64,000 bases of DNA. It comes from Bacteriovoracaceae bacterium (lineage in GTDB: Bacteria > Bdellovibrionota > Bacteriovoracia > Bacteriovoracales > Bacteriovoracaceae). The position numbers and the translations under genes were made by a program. Position 1 is the first letter of the stretch; the number at the start of each line of letters is the position of its first letter. The notes under the pieces are model-generated. The model saw only the letters and a list, made by a program, of their open reading frames with translations, ran no database searches and had not been told where the DNA came from. The DNA lies in assembly GCA_048267245.1 (NCBI GenBank), contig JBLWXV010000001.1, positions 195,487 through 259,486 of the forward strand, written 5' to 3'. This document shows positions 59,029 to 64,000 of the stretch, piece by piece.

Positions 59029-60873
59029 ATGATTTTTGATGTCGTTGTACTTGGTGGTGGTCATGCAGGTGTCGAAGCCGCTTGGGCCGCCAATCAATAC
59101 GGACTTAAAGTTGCGATCTTGACGATTCCGGGTGTTGGCCTTGCCAGTGCTCCTTGTAATCCAGCAGTGGGTGGCGTCGGTAAGGGGCAAGTAGTAAGAG
59201 AGCTCGACGCCCTCGGCGGACTGATGGGGCGACTTGCCGACTTGGCCGGCATTCAGTACCGAGTCCTTAATGAGTCTAAGGGTTTTGCGGTTCAATCAAC
59301 GCGAGTTCAAGTTGATAAAGAAAAGTACTCTGCTTGGGCAGAGAAAATTGTTGCTGAGTCCTCAATTGAAGTGATTCGCCAAAGAGTGATGCGGGTGGAG
59401 ACCAAGGGGGAAAGCTTTCTCCTTCACCCTGAAGATGGAGATACTATTCAGGCGCGCAAGCTGGTGGTTACTACGGGAACATTTCTTGGTGGAAAGCTTC
59501 ATACCGGATCAGAGCAAACAAGTGGTGGAAGAGTAGGGGTTGTAAACTCTAATGGATTGGGAGATCTATTTTCTAGTGTTAAAACACTGGGAATTCGCTT
59601 TAAGACGGGTACACCTCCAAGGTTGAGAAGTTCGTCTCTGGATTACTCCCAATTTATTCCTCAGGAAAGTGATCCTAGCGCTCTAAACTTTCACCATGCC
59701 CATAGACCGCAAGAGCGCATTGAAAGACAGGTTTGCTGTTATCTCACGCATACAACTGAGGAAACTCTCTCTGTTATTCGTGAGAATAAGGAAAAATCAC
59801 CTATATTTAATGGGCAAATCAAGGGAATTGGTCCTCGCTACTGCCCGAGTATCGAAGATAAGGCCTTTCGCTACCCCGATAGGCATAAGCACCACGTTTT
59901 TATCGAACCTGAGGGGTTAGATTTAGAGACTATTTATCCAAATGGAGTTTCAACGAGTCTTCCTAGGGAAGTTCAAGAGGAATTTCTGCGCAAAATTCCT
60001 GGATTAGAAGATTGTGAGATCGTTATCCCAGGATATGCGGTTGAGTACGATGTAGTGAATACAACTGAGCTCAGTAGAACGCTAGAATATAAAGATGTTC
60101 CTGGTTTATTCTTTGCTGGTCAGGTGAATGGAACCTCTGGATACGAAGAAGCGGCGGGGCAGGGGTTAATAGCTGGTCATAATGCTGCTCTTTCACTGGT
60201 ATTTCCTGGAAAATCACTAATTTTATCGCGAGAAGACTCATATATTGGGGTAATGATAGAGGATTTGGTGACAAATCTTAGAGATGAGCCCTACAGACTC
60301 TTTACGGCCAGATCAGAAAACAGACTCTACATCAGAGAGGATAACACTCTCGAGAGAATTGCACCCTATCGCCTGGGTTTAAATCTTCAGGAAGGTGTGG
60401 ATAGTTACCTAATCTCCTATCTGGAAATGGAAAGTCAGCTCGCAACCATTGTTAAGCAGACAATTTTCTCTGCAAAAACTGATAATGATCTTTTTGCCGA
60501 ACTGGATTTGGGCGAAATTAAAGAAAATACCACATTAAGCGAAGTTCTTCGCCGTTCACAGCTCAATCCCGTAGAAGCACTAGTAAAGATTCTAGGGAAA
60601 TATGGGATTTCCTTTCCAGTTACAGTAATTAGAAATGTTGCCATTAATACCAAGTACGAAGGTTATATCCAGCGTGCCCAGGAGGGAAATGAGCGCATCT
60701 TGAAACTTGGTAAGAGAAAAATTGACTGGGAGAAACTTAGTGGCTTGCCACAAATCTCCAATGAGTGTCGACAGCGCATTCAGAAGATAAGACCTGAGAC
60801 CTTTTCTGATCTTCGATTGATAGAAGGTATTAGGCCAGCGACTCTAGCCTTTGTGGCGGGGAGTTTGTCGTGA
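59029..60873 (+). CDS. mnmG: tRNA uridine 5-carboxymethylaminomethyl modification enzyme MnmG (GidA)
   Basis: 614 aa. It has the FAD-binding motif DVVVLGGGHAGVEAA, plus GPRYCPSIEDK and FFAGQVNGTSGYEEAAGQG. Confidence 0.95.
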   Translation: MIFDVVVLGGGHAGVEAAWAANQYGLKVAILTIPGVGLASAPCNPAVGGVGKGQVVRELDALGGLMGRLADLAGIQYRVLNESKGFAVQSTRVQVDKEKYSAWAEKIVAESSIEVIRQRVMRVETKGESFLLHPEDGDTIQARKLVVTTGTFLGGKLHTGSEQTSGGRVGVVNSNGLGDLFSSVKTLGIRFKTGTPPRLRSSSLDYSQFIPQESDPSALNFHHAHRPQERIERQVCCYLTHTTEETLSVIRENKEKSPIFNGQIKGIGPRYCPSIEDKAFRYPDRHKHHVFIEPEGLDLETIYPNGVSTSLPREVQEEFLRKIPGLEDCEIVIPGYAVEYDVVNTTELSRTLEYKDVPGLFFAGQVNGTSGYEEAAGQGLIAGHNAALSLVFPGKSLILSREDSYIGVMIEDLVTNLRDEPYRLFTARSENRLYIREDNTLERIAPYRLGLNLQEGVDSYLISYLEMESQLATIVKQTIFSAKTDNDLFAELDLGEIKENTTLSEVLRRSQLNPVEALVKILGKYGISFPVTVIRNVAINTKYEGYIQRAQEGNERILKLGKRKIDWEKLSGLPQISNECRQRIQKIRPETFSDLRLIEGIRPATLAFVAGSLS

Positions 60874-61511
60874 GTTTTTGCGAAAAGTACCTGGATATCG
60901 TAAACACGGTCTATGCTGGTCTTAATTTAACTCGAATTCTGGATCCTGAAGAATTTCGTATTAAGCAGTATGAGGATTCCCTACTTCCCTTTAAAGAGTC
61001 CGAACACTTTAGATCCCTAGTTGAGAGTAGGGACATTATTGTGGATGTGGGATTTGGTGGAGGCTTTCCCTTGCTTCCGCTGGCCCATGAAATTGGACCC
61101 AAGACATTTACGGGCTTTGAAGCAAGAGCAAAGAAGTCAAAGGCAGTCAATGACATTGCTAAGCGCATGGGTCTTGGTTATGTTCAGACCCATCACTACC
61201 GTGTTGAAGAAATCCTATTTGATCAAAAGTGCATGATCACCTTTAAGGCCGTGGGTCGCATTGGTGAATTCCTAGCGCGCATCAATACAACTGAGTCTGC
61301 CGAAGTCGTGGTGGTCTTTTATAAGGGTCCCGAGATTCTTCCCGACGAGCTCAAGAACTTCCCTAGGGATTGGGAGATCTATCATCAAGAGCAACTCATG
61401 CTTGAAGGTACTGAGGGTAGAACCTTTGTTTATGCAAAAAAGAAAAATGTTCCACGTGGAACAAAGAATTCTTTAAGCAAAAACCTTGTCAAACTCTCAC
61501 TGCTTGTTTAA
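60870..61511 (+). CDS. rsmG: 16S rRNA (guanine527-N7)-methyltransferase RsmG (GidB)
   Basis: It has the SAM motif DVGFGGGFPLLPLA. The position after mnmG, with a 4-nt overlap, also fits. Confidence 0.88.
   Translation: MSFCEKYLDIVNTVYAGLNLTRILDPEEFRIKQYEDSLLPFKESEHFRSLVESRDIIVDVGFGGGFPLLPLAHEIGPKTFTGFEARAKKSKAVNDIAKRMGLGYVQTHHYRVEEILFDQKCMITFKAVGRIGEFLARINTTESAEVVVVFYKGPEILPDELKNFPRDWEIYHQEQLMLEGTEGRTFVYAKKKNVPRGTKNSLSKNLVKLSLLV
61448..61463. other. parS: parS centromere-like site (inside the rsmG 3' end)
   Basis: This is an identical TGTTCCACGTGGAACA palindrome. It is translated as NVPRGT within rsmG. Confidence 0.85.
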
Positions 61512-61550
61512 ATCTATTCATAGAGATTTCTTTGTCGAGAGAGGGCCTAA

Positions 61551-62369
61551 ATGGCTAAAATTATTGCTTTAATGAATCAGAAGGGCGGCGTTGGTAAGAC
61601 TACTACAGCTGTCAATCTTGCGGCGTGTCTAAGCGTGGCTGAAAAGCGCGTGCTATTAGTTGACTTAGATCCTCAGGGAAACGGAAGTATCTCAGTTGGT
61701 CTCAATAAAGATAATTTTGCAGACGCTAATATCTATCACGCCTTAATTGGTGAAAAAGATATACGCGATTGTATCTATAAGACTGAACTCCCTTTCTTGG
61801 ATGTTTGCCCCTCAGAAAATAACCTTTCAGGCGCTGAAATTGAACTTGTGAGCGAGTTTGCACGTGAGGCTAAGCTCAAGGCTGCATTCTCTACAGTTCA
61901 AGCGCTCTACGACTATATTCTCATCGACTGTCCACCTTCACTTGGACTGCTCACGGTGAACGCACTTAACGTCGCCAATTCTTATATTGTTCCTATGCAA
62001 ACTGAGTATCTTTCAATGGAGGGCTTGGCCCAGCTCATGAGAACGGTGACTCTGATTAAGAATTCTCTCAATCCCGCGCTTGAGATGGACGGCATTGTGC
62101 TCACGATGTTTGATTCACGCGCCTCTCTTAATAAACAAGTGGTGGAAGAAATTAAAAATCACTTTGGCGCCAAAGTTTTCGAATCAATTATTCCAAGAAA
62201 CGTGAAGCTTGCTGAATGTCCTTCATTTGGTAAGCCCATTATTCTCTACGATATTGAATCAAAAGGCAGTGAAGCTTATTTGAATTTGGCCAAGGAAGTG
62301 CTTTTGAAGGAACGCCAAAAGCAAGCCGGAGTTCAACAAGATCTCGGCATCTCTCCACAAGCACATTAA
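61551..62369 (+). CDS. parA: chromosome partitioning ATPase ParA (Soj)
   Basis: It has the deviant Walker A motif NQKGGVGKTTTAVNLA, plus DLDPQGN and IDCPPSLG. Confidence 0.93.
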   Translation: MAKIIALMNQKGGVGKTTTAVNLAACLSVAEKRVLLVDLDPQGNGSISVGLNKDNFADANIYHALIGEKDIRDCIYKTELPFLDVCPSENNLSGAEIELVSEFAREAKLKAAFSTVQALYDYILIDCPPSLGLLTVNALNVANSYIVPMQTEYLSMEGLAQLMRTVTLIKNSLNPALEMDGIVLTMFDSRASLNKQVVEEIKNHFGAKVFESIIPRNVKLAECPSFGKPIILYDIESKGSEAYLNLAKEVLLKERQKQAGVQQDLGISPQAH

Positions 62370-62379
62370 GGATTAATTT

Positions 62380-63300
62380 ATGGCCAAGAAAATAGCACTA
62401 GGTAAAGGTATCGCTTCACTCATTCAAGAAACTCCCAACGAGATTCTCAAGCAGAGTTTAAAAACTGTTGAAGAGGAAGCGGCAAAAGCAAATAAAGCAG
62501 AAGTTGTGGCCACTGGCCCTTTGATGATTCCTATTTCAAAGATTAAGGCGAACCCAGGTCAGCCCAGAAAAATCTTTAAGGAAAAGGAACTCGAAGAACT
62601 TTCACAATCAATTAAAGAAAACGGAATTATTCAGCCACTCGTTGTGGTTGAAATGACTGACGGTGGCTTTGAACTCGTCGCTGGTGAGCGCCGTATGCGC
62701 GCAGCCAAGAGAGCGGGTCTAGAGCACGTTCCAGTCGTGGTGAAAAAGGCGACCGATAAAGAGAAGATGGTCATGGCCATCATTGAAAACGTTCAGCGCA
62801 GTGATCTCAACTGTGTTGAAGAAGCGCTTGCGTATTACCAATTGATGGAAGACTTTCAACTTACTCAAGAAGAAGTTGCTAAGAAGCTTGGTAAGGAGCG
62901 CTCAAGTATCGCCAACTACCTGCGCATTCTTAAACTTCCAAGAGAAGTAATTGAAAAGCTTCAAAAAGAAGAGCTCTCATTTGGTCACGCGAAAATTCTC
63001 GCAGCACTAAAAGAGCGCGAACAGGTTATTCGCCTCGCTAATGAGTGTGTACTCAATTCACTTTCAGTGCGTGAACTCGAAGCACTTTCAAAGAAGACTA
63101 ATAAGCCGAAAGTGGCAAAAGAGACAAATCCCTTCTATAATGAAAAGCTTGAAGACTGCCGTGAAAAGTTAGAGCGCTCCACAGGCTTTCACTTCCAAAT
63201 TAAGTCTAAGAAGACGGGACAAGGTCAAGTTGTGCTTAAATTTAATAATGAGGCAGAATTCAATGATATTTATGAATATCTGCTCAAGCGCAGCAATTAG
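62380..63300 (+). CDS. parB: chromosome partitioning protein ParB (Spo0J)
   Basis: The conserved stretches are NPGQPRK and GERRMRAAKRAGL, plus the HTH region TQEEVAKKLGKERSSIANYLRIL. Confidence 0.93.
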   Translation: MAKKIALGKGIASLIQETPNEILKQSLKTVEEEAAKANKAEVVATGPLMIPISKIKANPGQPRKIFKEKELEELSQSIKENGIIQPLVVVEMTDGGFELVAGERRMRAAKRAGLEHVPVVVKKATDKEKMVMAIIENVQRSDLNCVEEALAYYQLMEDFQLTQEEVAKKLGKERSSIANYLRILKLPREVIEKLQKEELSFGHAKILAALKEREQVIRLANECVLNSLSVRELEALSKKTNKPKVAKETNPFYNEKLEDCREKLERSTGFHFQIKSKKTGQGQVVLKFNNEAEFNDIYEYLLKRSN

Positions 63301-63306
63301 GAAGTC

Positions 63307-63642
63307 ATGAAAAAAGATTCAGAGATTAGTGCGATCATTGAAGAGGGTTGTAAATTTGAAGGCAACCTCTCTTTTAATGGCGTAGCGCGTATCGCCGGCA
63401 TTGTGAATGGAAGTATCTTTTCAAATGACACAGTGATTATTTCTGAGGGTGCCGTGATTAACGCGGACATTAATGCCAATATCATTCTTATCTCAGGTGC
63501 AGTGAAAGGTAATATCAAGGCCTCTAGCCGTGTGGAGATCATTAAGCCCGCACGCTTTGAGGGCACTATCACTGCTCCAAGTCTAATCGTGGAGGAGGGC
63601 GTTATCTTCCACGGAACCACGAAAATGAAGGATAAATCCTAA
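63307..63642 (+). CDS. bactofilin (DUF583 polymer-forming cytoskeletal protein)
   Basis: 111 aa with the beta-helical repeat pattern FEGNLSFNGVARIAGIVNGSIFSNDTVIISEGAVINADINANIILISGAVKGNI. It starts 6 nt after parB. Confidence 0.85.
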   Translation: MKKDSEISAIIEEGCKFEGNLSFNGVARIAGIVNGSIFSNDTVIISEGAVINADINANIILISGAVKGNIKASSRVEIIKPARFEGTITAPSLIVEEGVIFHGTTKMKDKS

Positions 63643-63674
63643 CAATCTAAGTCGCCGTATTTAGCGCATTCTCC

Positions 63675-63703
63675 TTGACGATTTTGGCCCCTACGATTAT
63701 TTA
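63675..63703 (+). promoter_or_regulatory. putative sigma70-type promoter for atpF
   Basis: TTGACG, then 17 nt, then TATTTA, about 80 nt upstream of the atpF ATG. This is a pattern match only. Confidence 0.4.
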
Positions 63704-63782
63704 TTAGGGGCTATTGGCCAGATACTTTTTACGATCCTAGGAAACTAGGAAGCGTCTTTTACAATTTAGGGGAACTCTAAGC

Positions 63783-64000
63783 ATGCAAACGATCCTTAAC
63801 ATCTTTATTTCACTTGGTGTTGATCAGACCGTCTTCATCCAATTTGCCCTCGTTGTTGTTCTTTATTTCATTCTCAAATTCACCTTCTTTTCTAAACTTC
63901 AGGAAGTGATGGATACACGTGAAAATAAGACGACAAAGATGGAGTCTGGAGCTAATAAAAAATTTACTGAAGCCGAAGCGCTTGCAGCTAAATACCGCGC
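63783..64000 (+). CDS. atpF: F0F1 ATP synthase subunit b, N-terminal fragment (runs off the right edge)
   Basis: It reads MQTILNIFISLGVDQTVFIQFALVVVLYFILKFTFFSKLQEVMDTRENKTTKMESGANKKFTEAEALAAKYR. This is a single N-terminal TM helix followed by a charged helix, as in b subunits. Confidence 0.7.
   Translation, partial: MQTILNIFISLGVDQTVFIQFALVVVLYFILKFTFFSKLQEVMDTRENKTTKMESGANKKFTEAEALAAKYR

Noticed and set aside
58999-59295. Minus-strand 98-aa ORF overlapping the parS site and the mnmG 5' end
   Set aside because: It is antisense to the strongly conserved FAD-binding N-terminus of MnmG and has no features of its own.

Overview
This 64-kb window appears to be the replication-origin region of a low-GC Gram-negative chromosome. 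The gene content and order suggest a Bdellovibrio/Bacteriovorax-like lineage, but that is a guess only. The conserved core is dnaA-oriC-dnaN-recF-gyrB-gyrA on the minus strand and rpmH-rnpA-yidC-mnmE-mnmG-rsmG-parA-parB-bactofilin-atpF on the plus strand. Two identical perfect parS palindromes flank mnmG-rsmG. Other housekeeping blocks are atpZ/I/B/E, ribD-E-BA-H, mfd, ppiC/surA-like/pdxA, uvrA, a TrmH-family methyltransferase, three tRNAs (Arg-ACG, Ser-GCT, Ser-TGA) and an ammonium transporter.

Five things stand out.

1. A nuo cluster contains only membrane-arm genes (nuoA-H-J-K-L-M-N, with no B/C/D/E/F/G/I). It is translationally coupled to seven consecutive orphan polytopic membrane-protein genes.
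2. A minus-strand operon encodes a YcaO-domain enzyme, an untracked 51-codon secreted-peptide ORF, a peptide-type periplasmic binding protein, a hybrid histidine kinase and a PEGA lipoprotein. This is a candidate modified-peptide signalling system.
3. A 14-bp palindrome (GGTYCTATAGRACC) occurs seven times inside mnmE, next to parS and oriC.
4. A cobalamin riboswitch lies in front of a hotdog thioesterase and a Cys-rich secreted protein.
5. A 102-bp tandem duplication carries a tRNA-Ser 3' end fragment.

All calls come from reading the sequence and ORF translations by eye. No database search or RNA-folding computation was run.
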